Assembly (NCBI GenBank): GCA_042216675.1
Contig: JBDGTS010000008.1
Location: 96,707 to 160,706 of the forward strand
DNA: 64,000 bases
Direction: 5' to 3'
Source: Halobacteriaceae archaeon
GTDB lineage: Archaea; Halobacteriota; Halobacteria; Halobacteriales; Halobacteriaceae
Numbering within the stretch: position 1 is the stretch's first letter; the number at the start of each line of letters is the position of its first letter. Under the pieces are notes generated by a model that saw only the letters and a program-made list of their open reading frames with translations, did no database searches and was not told where the DNA came from. The translations under genes and the position numbers were made by a program. Below are positions 50,875 through 60,382 of this stretch, one piece after another.

Positions 50875-52175
50875 TGGGGCGCACGCGTCGCCGCGGCCAC
50901 CGGAGCGTGACGACGGTGCTCGCTCTGTTGGTGTTGGTTCTGTCGCTCTGGCACGTCGTCCCCGCGGCGTCGTTCGACGCCGTGGCGCTGGACCGCGACA
51001 CGGAGTCCGACGTGGTGGCCGACGAGGGCGGCGTTCTCGGCCTGAACCGCTCGGACGGCGTCACCCTCGGCACCACGGAGCGACTGGTGACGGTGACGAA
51101 CGGCCTGACCGCCGACGCGTCGGTGACCGTCTCGCTGGACTCGGCCACAACCGACTTCGGTGACCTCATCCTCGGTGGGACCAGAGGCGACACAGTGACG
51201 TTCGACCTCGCGGCCGGCGACAGCCAGCACGTGGACTTCGACGCGGTGTGCGACGAGTCCTACGCCGACGAGTCCGTGACGTTCACCGTCACGGCGGACA
51301 CGGGCGGTGTGCGCGGCGAGGCCACCCGCTCGGTCCCCCTCGACAGCGGCGACTGCGGGGGCGGCGTCGTCTACGCCACCGGCGCCCGGGATCTCCGGAG
51401 CGTGCTGAACGGGAGCGGCATCACCGACTACGTGCCGAGTAGCGTCGACGTCGTCGGGCCGAAGGCGGCGAGCCTCGACGGCGACGGCGCCCTCGAAGTC
51501 CCGTTCGTCAACGGCAGTTCCGGCGACGTCTACGCCGTCGACGCGAACAACGAGACAGTCCACCTGCTCGACACCGGGTCCACGAGCGTCGCGGCCGCGG
51601 CCTCGAAGTCCCGAATGGCCGTCGGCACGTGGAACGGGAGCGACACGTCCGTCTTCTTCGCCGGGAGCGGGGCCTCCAAGATATACCGCGTCGCCCCCGG
51701 CGGGTCGCCGACGCTCGTCGCGAACCCGGGCAACGGCGCCGGCGCCGTCGCGGGCATCGCCGACGTGGACGGCGACGGCGCGGACGAACTCGTCTTCCTC
51801 GGGAGCAGCCAGCAGATTCGCTACCTCGAACCCGACGGGACGACGGTGAAAGTGCCAAACGGCGGCGTCGGGTCGAACAACGGCGTCGGCGTCGGCACGC
51901 CCGCCGACTTCGACGGTGACGGGCAGGCCCGCATCCCCCTCGTCGACGGGAGCGGGAATCTCCAACTCATCACGCACGACGGCACGAAGACGAAACTCGC
52001 CGCGGGCGTCGACAAGGCTCCCCTCGCCGCACAGGACTGGGACGGTGACGGGCGGCCGGAAGTCATCTACCTCGACGGCGGCGTCCTCCACGTCGCGAAC
52101 GCGGACGGCACGACGAGCGAACTCACCGTGAACGGGTCGACTGTCGGCGCCGCGGCGGAGACGGGGGCGGCGTGA
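50874..52175 (+). CDS. Secreted protein: DUF1102-like N-terminus plus FG-GAP-like DxDGDG repeats (candidate adhesin)
   Basis: AAS|FDAVALDRDTESDVVADEGGVL; SLDGDG, DVDGDG, DFDGDG, DWDGDG. Confidence 0.75.
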   Translation: MGRTRRRGHRSVTTVLALLVLVLSLWHVVPAASFDAVALDRDTESDVVADEGGVLGLNRSDGVTLGTTERLVTVTNGLTADASVTVSLDSATTDFGDLILGGTRGDTVTFDLAAGDSQHVDFDAVCDESYADESVTFTVTADTGGVRGEATRSVPLDSGDCGGGVVYATGARDLRSVLNGSGITDYVPSSVDVVGPKAASLDGDGALEVPFVNGSSGDVYAVDANNETVHLLDTGSTSVAAAASKSRMAVGTWNGSDTSVFFAGSGASKIYRVAPGGSPTLVANPGNGAGAVAGIADVDGDGADELVFLGSSQQIRYLEPDGTTVKVPNGGVGSNNGVGVGTPADFDGDGQARIPLVDGSGNLQLITHDGTKTKLAAGVDKAPLAAQDWDGDGRPEVIYLDGGVLHVANADGTTSELTVNGSTVGAAAETGAA

Positions 52176-53200
52176 TGCTCAGCGAACCGTCGCTCCGCCT
52201 TCGGGCGTTCCTCGCCGCGAACGGGCACGCCGTGGCCGCCGTCCTCCTCCTCGTCGCCGCGGCGGGAATCGGCGCGGCGGCGATAGCCCACACCGCGGGA
52301 CCGAAGACGACGACGGTGACTGACGTGACGAGCGAGGAGACGGTGGCCGTCGCGGTGAACGACAGCGCCGTCGTCACCGGCGAGACGCCCCTCTGGAACC
52401 GCTCGACGCGCCTCCGTGACAGACCGGTGTATCTCCGTGGCGTGACGCCGACGCTCACCCTCGGGGTGCGGACTGCCGTGCCCGCCGACCGCTCGGTGAC
52501 GCTCTCTCAGCGCGTCGTCCTCGTCACGGAGGCCACCGTCGGCGACGAACTGCTCTGGTCGGGCGAGCGAACGCTCCGCTCGCTGTCCACGACGGTGACG
52601 GACGGAGCGGCGTCGCTCGACACGACGCTCAACGTCTCCGCCTACGCCGGCGGCCGCCTCGCCGCCGTTCGGGACGCCGCCGCGTCGGCCGCCACCGTGT
52701 CCTCGCGAGTCGAGGTGGTCACCGACTACGACACCGGCGCGAACGCCGGCACGCTCACCGTGACGATGCCGCTCAGCGTCTCCAGCGCGACGTACGCCGT
52801 CGGCGGCGACGGCCGCGCGAGTCGCACCCATGGCGAGACGACGGCGCGCGAGGTGGCGGTGCCGACGGACCGCAACGTCGCTCCCAAGGCCGCCGTCGGC
52901 GTCGTGGCCCTCCTCGGCGCCGTCGGTGCAGTCGTCTCGCGGCGCCGCTGGGACGCGACGACCCTCGCCCGACGGGCCGACCGCGCGGCGCACGCGGAGT
53001 GGATTTCCGAGGGAAGCGTCCCGCCGCCCGACGGCGACACCGTCGTCGAGGTGGCGTCGCTCCCGGACCTCGTGGACGTGGCCATCGACTCCGAAAAGCG
53101 CGTCGTCCACGACGCCGCGACGGGCGAGTACGTCGTCATCGACGGTGCCGTGCGCTACCGGTACGACCCGACGGGAGCGTTCGAGTGGGCCGAGGCCTAG
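52172..53200 (+). CDS. DUF5305-like membrane-anchored protein
   Basis: N-terminal TM, SAVVTGETPLW, RLRDRPVY, second TM, EWISEG, SLPDLVDVAIDSEKRVVHD. Confidence 0.8.
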   Translation: MMLSEPSLRLRAFLAANGHAVAAVLLLVAAAGIGAAAIAHTAGPKTTTVTDVTSEETVAVAVNDSAVVTGETPLWNRSTRLRDRPVYLRGVTPTLTLGVRTAVPADRSVTLSQRVVLVTEATVGDELLWSGERTLRSLSTTVTDGAASLDTTLNVSAYAGGRLAAVRDAAASAATVSSRVEVVTDYDTGANAGTLTVTMPLSVSSATYAVGGDGRASRTHGETTAREVAVPTDRNVAPKAAVGVVALLGAVGAVVSRRRWDATTLARRADRAAHAEWISEGSVPPPDGDTVVEVASLPDLVDVAIDSEKRVVHDAATGEYVVIDGAVRYRYDPTGAFEWAEA

Positions 53201-53352
53201 GTGCGCTTCGAGCGCGCGTCTCTGACCTCCGCCCCGTCACGGATTTTGTCCTCGCAGTTCGGGCAGACCCGCGGCTCGCTCATGTCCTCCGGCGCCAGCA
53301 CCCGCGCGTACCGGGCTGTGACGAAGGAACCACAGTTCTGACAGTTAGGCAC
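53197..53352 (-). CDS. Small CPxCG-related zinc-finger protein (DUF7563-like)
   Basis: VPNCQNCGSFVTARYARV...CPNCEDKIRDG. Confidence 0.82.
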   Translation of the reverse strand: MPNCQNCGSFVTARYARVLAPEDMSEPRVCPNCEDKIRDGAEVRDARSKRT

Positions 53353-53464
53353 GGCAACCACCTCCGAACTGGCACTCCTCCCTCTCTGCGCCTCGTCCAG
53401 CGGTGTCGTGGGCAACCGTCCGTCCCATGCCCGTTCGGACAGGACGTGCGTGAAAAACTCCCAC

Positions 53465-53480
53465 CCCTACACGCTTGGGG
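53465..53480. promoter_or_regulatory. Bat-UAS-like palindromic box
   Basis: CCCTA-CACGCT-TGGGG upstream of the small Zn-finger gene. Confidence 0.5.
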
Positions 53481-55196
53481 TCAGGACGTCTCGTCGAGAT
53501 ACGTCTCGATGAGTTTGCGCTGGGCCTCCCGCAGATGTTCGTGGAGAGTCGGCGGGGCGAGGTCGAACGCCTCCGCCACCTCCTCGGCAGTGCTCTCGCG
53601 GGGCCACTCGAAGTAGCCCGAGTTGTACGTCGCCTCGATGACCGCCTGCTGTCGCTCCGTGAGCTTGTCGTCGAGGGCGCTCCGGAACCCCTCGGTGGAC
53701 TCCACGTCGCGTTCGACTTCGCGCTTCGCCGTGAGTTCCGTGTCCGGAAACTGCCCTTCGAGGGTCTCCATCACCGTTCGCGGGTCGGCCTCCGGCGCCA
53801 CCTCGGTTCGGATGGTGGCCTCGCCGCCGTCGACGGTCATGGTGCGGACGTTCGCGCTCGCGCCCAGCAGCGTCTGCACGACGGAGTCGTCGGAGAGCGT
53901 CAGTTCGACCTGCGTCGCGTCGCCGCGGTCGTCCAGCGTCCGGTGGTTCTCGACGCCGTTCCGGTCGGTGAGCCACTCCAGCACTTCCTCGCCGGGCGCG
54001 CCGGTCACCGTGGCGTAACAGGTCACTGCCCCGTCGCCGACGGGTGCGAAGCCTTCGAGGCTGACCCGCGAATCGAACGTCGCGCCGAGGTCGACCAGCG
54101 CGTCCGAGCGGTCGCTCACCTGAAAGTCGAGTTCGACCACGGTGTCCGAGCGGAGCAACTGCTGGCTCTCGACGGCGCTGATGGCGTTCGCGATGCTGTC
54201 CCCGAGTTCCTCGAGCACCTCCTCCTCGCGGGGGCTGATGGTGTGCCCGTCGCCGACGTGGATGACGAGGGCACCGTAGATGGTGTCCTGATTGATGAGG
54301 GGAACCACCGCGACCGGACCCCCGTCGGCCACGTCCTCGCGCACGCCGGCGATGGCCGACGGGTCCGCGACGACGATGACTTCGTCCTCCTCGATGGCGC
54401 GTTGTACGGGGTGGCCGCCGTCGAGGTCGATGGGCGACTCGTCGAGGTCGGCCGTCTCGCTCGACGCACGGGGGTTGAACTGGTCGAACGCGGCGACGTA
54501 GCCCCCGACCCACGCGAACTCGTAGGGGCCGTCGGCGACGAGGCGGTCGCAGGTCTGGCCCTCCACCTCGTCGCGGGAGGACGCTTCGACGAGTGCCCTG
54601 TCCACGCCGCGGACGAGCGAGTTCACCGCCTTCAGCCGCGCCAGTTCCTCCACCTCCGACTGGACTTCCGCGGACTCGGCGTCCTCGACGGCTTCCCGGA
54701 GTTCCGAGACGGCTTCGGGGTCGCGGAACTCCTCGACGTCCCGCTCCGACAGCGACTCCTCGGTGGCGTTCAACGCGAGGAACTCCTGTGTCTCCTCGTC
54801 TAAGTCCTCGCGGAACAGCAGTTCGTCCACCACCTCGACGACTTCCGCCTTCGACACCGGCTTGACCAGATACTCGTCGAAGGGGAGGTCGACGATGTCC
54901 GAGTCCGGTTCGACGGCGGTGAGCATCGACACCTGACAGTCGATGCCCTGCTCTCGAATCTCGTGGAGCACTTCGTCGCCCGGCACCGCGGGCATCCGCC
55001 GGTCGAGAAGCACCACGTCGACGTCGTCGCTCAGCGACTCGATGGCCTCCGACCCGCTGTACGTCGTCCGCACGTCGTACTCGTCGTTGAGCCACAGCGC
55101 GTACGTGTCCGCGAGGTCCTCGTCGTCGTCGACGATGAGCACCGTCGGCTGACCGTCCGTCACGCTCGCCTTGCTCTCGGCGGTGGGCTCTACCAT
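53481..55196 (-). CDS. Bacterio-opsin-activator-like regulator (REC, HalX, GAF, BAT, HTH_10)
   Basis: VLIVDDD...LLDRRMP...YLVKP; GAF PYEFAWVG; LTERQ...GYFEWPRESTAEEVA...HEHLREAQRKL. Confidence 0.9.
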   Translation of the reverse strand: MVEPTAESKASVTDGQPTVLIVDDDEDLADTYALWLNDEYDVRTTYSGSEAIESLSDDVDVVLLDRRMPAVPGDEVLHEIREQGIDCQVSMLTAVEPDSDIVDLPFDEYLVKPVSKAEVVEVVDELLFREDLDEETQEFLALNATEESLSERDVEEFRDPEAVSELREAVEDAESAEVQSEVEELARLKAVNSLVRGVDRALVEASSRDEVEGQTCDRLVADGPYEFAWVGGYVAAFDQFNPRASSETADLDESPIDLDGGHPVQRAIEEDEVIVVADPSAIAGVREDVADGGPVAVVPLINQDTIYGALVIHVGDGHTISPREEEVLEELGDSIANAISAVESQQLLRSDTVVELDFQVSDRSDALVDLGATFDSRVSLEGFAPVGDGAVTCYATVTGAPGEEVLEWLTDRNGVENHRTLDDRGDATQVELTLSDDSVVQTLLGASANVRTMTVDGGEATIRTEVAPEADPRTVMETLEGQFPDTELTAKREVERDVESTEGFRSALDDKLTERQQAVIEATYNSGYFEWPRESTAEEVAEAFDLAPPTLHEHLREAQRKLIETYLDETS

Positions 55197-55333
55197 GCGG
55201 ACTCCTCCCCGTTCTGCCGGCCCCGGGACCGTCGCGCCATGTCGTCTCCCCTATCTCTCGAAGTCATTATGGGATACGTTCTCCCGTATCCTCGTAAATA
55301 CTCCGCCCCTAATCGACTCGATTCGGATCGGCT

Positions 55334-55347
55334 CCTAATCTTGTAGG
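55334..55347. promoter_or_regulatory. Perfect CCTA-N6-TAGG box between the divergent regulators
   Basis: CCTAATCTTGTAGG; partial copy CCTAATCGACTCGA at 55308-21. Confidence 0.55.
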
Positions 55348-55479
55348 TATGTGTCCCTTGCACGTCTGTCTCCGAGTAACTGGCGATGAGACCAGTTTCA
55401 CGCCCACAACTGCGCGACGCTCTTCCCGACACGGTGGCGTGTGGCCGCTCTCGAACTGCCCTCCGGCTGAGGTCGAGCG

Positions 55480-56037
55480 ATGTCTCCTGATGACTCCCCG
55501 TCCGTCCTCGTCGTGGACGACGACGAGGACCTCGCGGACACCTACTCCATCTGGCTGGACCAGGAGGGAATGGACGTGCGGACGGCGTACCGCGGTGATG
55601 AATCCCTCAGCGTCCTCGACCCGTCCGTGGACGTGGTGCTCCTCGACCGGCGCATGCCGGCCGTCCCCGGTGACGAGGTCCTTCGTGAGATTCGGGACCG
55701 CGACGCCGAGTTTCAGGTGTCGTTCCTGACGGCCATCGAACCCGACCCCCATATCGTCGAGTTGCCGTTCGACGACTATCTGGTCAAGCCGGTATCGAAA
55801 CGGGAGGTCGTCGACACCGTCGAGGGTCTCCAGCGGCGGAGCGAACTCGACGGCGACATCGACGAGTTCTTTCGCCTCAGCCTGAAGCTCTCGATTCTCG
55901 AATCCTGCGACGTGGACCGCTACGACGAGACCCTCGCCGACCTGCAAGACCGGGTGGAGCGAAAGCGCTCCGAGATCAATCAACGCCTCGACGCCCTCGA
56001 CGACGACCACAACGTCTTCTCGATCGTCGAGGAGTGA
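55480..56037 (+). CDS. Response regulator (REC plus HalX domain)
   Basis: VLVVDDDEDLADTY, LLDRRMP, DDYLVKP; helical C-terminus. Confidence 0.9.
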   Translation: MSPDDSPSVLVVDDDEDLADTYSIWLDQEGMDVRTAYRGDESLSVLDPSVDVVLLDRRMPAVPGDEVLREIRDRDAEFQVSFLTAIEPDPHIVELPFDDYLVKPVSKREVVDTVEGLQRRSELDGDIDEFFRLSLKLSILESCDVDRYDETLADLQDRVERKRSEINQRLDALDDDHNVFSIVEE

Positions 56038-56100
56038 GACCGCCGCCGGCCGGGATTTGGGGCGTAGTTTAAGAGTCACCCCGCGCTAATCTGACACGTC

Positions 56101-56538
56101 ATGTACGACGCAATTCTTCTGCCGGTCGACGGGAGCGATCCGAGCGACGAGGCCGTCGCCCACGCGGGCGCACTGGGGGCACAGTTCGACGCCACGGTCC
56201 ACGTGCTGAACGTCGTGGAACTGCCGACAGAGGCCGTCAACGCCGGCGCGGGGGGCGCCACCTCCAACGTCATCGAAGCGCTCCACGACGAGGCCGAGGA
56301 ACTGGTGACGGACGCCGTCGACGACTTGCCCGAGGGCGTCGACGTGACGGACGTCGTGCTGGAGGGGTACCCCGCGGCCGCCATCCGCGAGTACGCGGCG
56401 GACAACGACGTGGACCTCATCGTGATGGGAACCCACGGCCGCACCGGTCTCGAGCGCTATCTCCTCGGAAGTACGACAGAACGCGTCGTCCGGTCGGCGG
56501 AGCGCCCGGTGCTGACGGTGGGCGGCGCGGAGGACTGA
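56101..56538 (+). CDS. Universal stress protein
   Basis: ILLPVDGS, IVMGTHGRTGLERYLLGSTTERVVR. Confidence 0.92.
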   Translation: MYDAILLPVDGSDPSDEAVAHAGALGAQFDATVHVLNVVELPTEAVNAGAGGATSNVIEALHDEAEELVTDAVDDLPEGVDVTDVVLEGYPAAAIREYAADNDVDLIVMGTHGRTGLERYLLGSTTERVVRSAERPVLTVGGAED

Positions 56539-56550
56539 CGGTCCGCACCG

Positions 56551-57558
56551 ATGAGCGACGTTCTCGACCGCCTCGCCGACAGTCTCGACGCTCTCGGCGG
56601 CCGCGTCGCCGCGCTTCCGGACGGGAGCATCGACACCTACTACCGGGTCACGGAGGGCCGGGCGCGGCGGGTGTCCTCGCGGGACACGTTCGGCGACCGC
56701 ATCGCCGCGTCGCGCGCGAGTTCCTTCCAGATAGCGCCCCAGCGCCGCGAACCCGGCGGGCAGGCCGTCAACGCCGCCCGACAGGCGGGTGCGCTCGGCG
56801 CCGACACGACGCTGTACGGTCACCTCGACGACCCGCTTTTCGACCGCCTCGACGTGGCGACGCGGTCGATGGGCGACCCCGCTGAGGTGTCCGTGCTGTC
56901 GTTCGACGACGGCGAACTGATGCTCTCCGAGGAGTCCGGTGACCTGCTGAACTGGGGGCCGGCGGCGCTCCGCGAGGCCGGTTCCGGACCGCTGGCCGAC
57001 GCTGACACCGTCTGCTGTGGCAACTGGGTGTCGCTGTCCGGTATGGACGACGCCCTCCGCGCTCTGCCCGAACTGGCCGACGGCGCCACCGTCGTCTTCG
57101 ACCCCGGCGACGTGACCGGCTGTACCACCGCGGAACTGGGGGACCTGACGGCCTCGCTCGCGGCGTGCGCCGCCGACGCGCCGGTCGTGTTGAGCGTCAA
57201 CGCCGCCGAGGCCCACCGACTCGCCGGCGCCACGGACGTGACAGCCGACGGCGTGGCGGCCCGCCTCGACGCCATCCGCGACCGGGCGGGGCTCCGGGCT
57301 GCGGTCATCCACGAACGGTCGCGGGCCGTCCTCGCCACGTCGGACGGCGTCACCATCGTCCCGAACCCCAGTGTCGACGAGGCGACGCGCCGCACGGGCG
57401 CGGGTGATAGATTCGACGGCGGCTTGTCGGTGGGGCTGGCCGCCGGCCTCGACGTGGACCTCGCGGCGGCGCTCGGCAACTGCTGTGCCTCTCATTACGT
57501 TGCCACCGCCGAAACCGGGGACGTCGAGGCCATCCGGCGGTTCATCTCCGAGCGCTGA
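56551..57558 (+). CDS. PfkB-family carbohydrate kinase-like protein
   Basis: PGGQAVNAA, VFDPGD, SVNAAEA, TGAGDRFDGG. Confidence 0.82.
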   Translation: MSDVLDRLADSLDALGGRVAALPDGSIDTYYRVTEGRARRVSSRDTFGDRIAASRASSFQIAPQRREPGGQAVNAARQAGALGADTTLYGHLDDPLFDRLDVATRSMGDPAEVSVLSFDDGELMLSEESGDLLNWGPAALREAGSGPLADADTVCCGNWVSLSGMDDALRALPELADGATVVFDPGDVTGCTTAELGDLTASLAACAADAPVVLSVNAAEAHRLAGATDVTADGVAARLDAIRDRAGLRAAVIHERSRAVLATSDGVTIVPNPSVDEATRRTGAGDRFDGGLSVGLAAGLDVDLAAALGNCCASHYVATAETGDVEAIRRFISER

Positions 57559-57599
57559 CGCCTCGAAATCGCCCTCTTTGGGCGGTACAGGCCCGCTAT

Positions 57600-57635
57600 C
57601 CTAACTGTGTAGGCGTTTCGAGCGAAGTGTGTAGG
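57600..57635. promoter_or_regulatory. CCTA-N6-TAGG box plus a half-matching copy 22 bp downstream
   Basis: CCTAACTGTGTAGG (57600-13); GCGAAGTGTGTAGG (57622-35). Confidence 0.55.
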
Positions 57636-57775
57636 CATCCGTCTGACCGCCCGGAGGGCAGTACACGGGGATATGCGGTCAGTCGAACGTGGCCGCAACG
57701 GGGGAACACCATGATACGACACATCTCGTCGACCGTACAGCGCCGTAACCGCCGTCGGCCGAGAGGTGAGCGTCG

Positions 57776-60382
57776 ATGACCGACAGCGTTCGCGCCGTCT
57801 CGTTGGCGGCGCTCGTGCTTCTGTCCGCGGCAGTCGGTCTCGTGGGCCTCACCGGTAGCGCCGCCGCCGCGACGAACGTTTCCATCAGTCCGGCCGACGA
57901 CAGCCCCGGCGCGACGACGACGTACACCGCCGAGGCGAACGTGGAACTGTCGAATCAGGACACGCTCCAGTACGTGGACCTCCACTACGGACCAGCGGAC
58001 GTGGGGAACGTCTCGGCGAGCGACGTGACCGTCTACATCGACGGCAGTCAGTACACCGACGGCTTCAGTCAGTTCTCCGCGGGTGGCGGAACCATCGAGT
58101 TCAAACTCGCCAACTCCCGAAGCGTCTCCGACGGCGACCCCATCCGAATCGTCGCGCAGGACGTGGTGAATCCGGACGACGACTTCACCGCCGAGGTCAC
58201 CCTCCACGACACGGGCGACGCCCAGTGGCAGTCCTTCTCGGACACGGTGGCCGTCACCGCCTCTTCCGACGGGAGTACCGGCGACACCACCGCGCCGTCC
58301 ATCAGCGAGTTCGCGCTGACGACGACGGCGAGCGACGACCTGCAGGTCTACTTCGAATCCTCGGAGCGACTCGCGGACGTCGCGCTCGACCTGTCCGGGG
58401 CCGAGACGCGGACGCTCACGGAGGGCGCCTTCGACGAGCGCTCGGTGTCGGACGGCTACACCTACGCCGCGACGCTCGACGTCGTCGCCGGTGAGTACAC
58501 CGCGACGCTCCGCACGGCCGCCGACGCGGCGGGCAACGACGGGGCGAGCGGACAGTCCGACGGCGCCAGCGTGCCGTTCCCGCCGGTGGCCGTCACGAAC
58601 GGCACCGCGGACCCGGTGACCGTCAGCACCGGGGCGACCATCAACAACCAACAGGTGACCGTCGAGGTGGTGAACCTCAGCGCCGACGGGGACACGGACA
58701 CGATGTTCGCCGCGTTCCCGAACGCCCTCGCCGACTCGCTGTCGGTGAACGGCGTGAGCGTCGCCAACGCGTCCGTCGCGCAGAGTCCCGAACTCGTCGA
58801 CGGCTTCGACGGCGACGGCGTGACGGACACGGTCCGCTTCCAGACTGACACCGACGACGGCGGCGCCATCAACGCCACCGTCGCCGTCGACGTGAGCGTC
58901 CACTACCCGGCGACGGAGGCCACCTACCCCATCGACTTCCGGGTCGTGGACAGCGCTGGCTCCGAGGCGACTGCGACTGCCGTGGCGAACGTGACGGCGC
59001 AGGACCGCCCCGCCGTCGAGTCCTTCGCGGCGTCCGTCTCGAACGGCGGCGCACTCAACCTCTCGCTCGTGACCACGGAACCCCTCACCGCCATCACGGT
59101 GCGAGTCGCCGGGCCGGAGAACGCCTCGCTCACGCGGGCGGACTTCACCGCGAACAACACGACCAACGGCGCCTACTACACGGCGTCGCTGGATACCGTC
59201 CCCCCCGGGACGTACCGCTTCACGCTCCTGAACGCGACTGACGACGAGGGGCTGGACGGCGCGGCCAACCAGACGGCGACGGCCACGGTCCTCGGAACGG
59301 GGAGCGCCGCCGCCCACGTCAGCGCCGCGCCCCGAATCGTCGGCGCGGGGAGCGCCACGCACACTGTCGTGACCCGCGTCACCGAGGACTCCGTGCTGGC
59401 GGGCCGCACGCTCACCGGCGTCACCGTCGCCTACAGCGAGGCCTATCGCGACGCCGACGGGAGCGTCACCTCCGTCAGCGACGACCAGAACGTCGTGACG
59501 CTCCGCGTCGTCGGGCCGGGCGGCGTACAAAAGGCCGCGCTCGGAGGGACCGACGCCATCGACGTGAACGTCGTCAACGGCGCGGTGCGACTCGACCTCT
59601 CGGACGTGGACAGCGACCGTAGCCCGACGCTCGCGGCCGGTGACCGCGTCGTCGTCGGCCTCCGCCCGGCAACGAACCCCGCCGAGGCGGGCACCTACAC
59701 GGTGAACGTCTCGCTACACGGTCCGAACGGCGCCACCGACGAGGCGAGCGCCACCCTCACCGTCACCGACGAGGACGCCGTGGTCCAGCGGGAGAGCCAG
59801 CAGGTCACTCTCTCCTCGTCCCCGGCGACGTTGGAGTTCTCCTCGGGGGCGCTGGTGGCCGTCAGCGTCGACCCGGCCACCCCCCACGCCGGGTGGATAA
59901 CGGTCCACCACCTCGCGGAGCCGTCCACGCCTCTCGAATCGATCGGGGGCCAAGTGGTGTCCGTCGTCGACGTGTTCACGCCCGCTCCCACCGGCGTGAC
60001 CGTCGGCGTCACCGTCGATGCCGAACGCATCAGCGCCGACCGGCTGACCCTCGCCCACCACGGTGCGGACGGCTGGACGGCGGTGAACACCGCTCCGGTC
60101 GACGAGAGCGACGGCACCGTCACCATCAGCGCGTCGCTCGATCAGGCCTCGACGTTCGCCGTCCTCGCCCGACAGAGCGACGCCACGGCGACGGCCACTG
60201 CCACGTCGACGACGGCCGAGACGGACACCGCAACGGCCACGCAGACGGCCACGCCGACGGAGATGGCCGCGGCCACGCCCACCGAGACTGAGTCCAACGG
60301 CTCCGGCGGCGTGCCCGGCTTCACTGTCGGCGTCACGCTGGCCGCCCTCGTCGCGGCCGCCGTCCTCCGTCTCCGGCGGTGA
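57776..60382 (+). CDS. PGF-CTERM (archaeosortase-processed) cell-surface glycoprotein
   Basis: Sec signal, Ig-like repeats, many N-x-S/T sequons, Thr-rich linker, VPGF-TM-RLRR C-terminus. Confidence 0.88.
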   Translation: MTDSVRAVSLAALVLLSAAVGLVGLTGSAAAATNVSISPADDSPGATTTYTAEANVELSNQDTLQYVDLHYGPADVGNVSASDVTVYIDGSQYTDGFSQFSAGGGTIEFKLANSRSVSDGDPIRIVAQDVVNPDDDFTAEVTLHDTGDAQWQSFSDTVAVTASSDGSTGDTTAPSISEFALTTTASDDLQVYFESSERLADVALDLSGAETRTLTEGAFDERSVSDGYTYAATLDVVAGEYTATLRTAADAAGNDGASGQSDGASVPFPPVAVTNGTADPVTVSTGATINNQQVTVEVVNLSADGDTDTMFAAFPNALADSLSVNGVSVANASVAQSPELVDGFDGDGVTDTVRFQTDTDDGGAINATVAVDVSVHYPATEATYPIDFRVVDSAGSEATATAVANVTAQDRPAVESFAASVSNGGALNLSLVTTEPLTAITVRVAGPENASLTRADFTANNTTNGAYYTASLDTVPPGTYRFTLLNATDDEGLDGAANQTATATVLGTGSAAAHVSAAPRIVGAGSATHTVVTRVTEDSVLAGRTLTGVTVAYSEAYRDADGSVTSVSDDQNVVTLRVVGPGGVQKAALGGTDAIDVNVVNGAVRLDLSDVDSDRSPTLAAGDRVVVGLRPATNPAEAGTYTVNVSLHGPNGATDEASATLTVTDEDAVVQRESQQVTLSSSPATLEFSSGALVAVSVDPATPHAGWITVHHLAEPSTPLESIGGQVVSVVDVFTPAPTGVTVGVTVDAERISADRLTLAHHGADGWTAVNTAPVDESDGTVTISASLDQASTFAVLARQSDATATATATSTTAETDTATATQTATPTEMAAATPTETESNGSGGVPGFTVGVTLAALVAAAVLRLRR

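Noticed and set aside
53341-53350. GCCTAACTGT (minus strand) identical to part of the 49290 box
   Set aside because: Lies in coding sequence (V-P-N-C) and lacks the second half-site
60180-60300. ACGGC-rich short repeats
   Set aside because: Encode the Thr/Ala linker typical of PGF-CTERM proteins; not CRISPR
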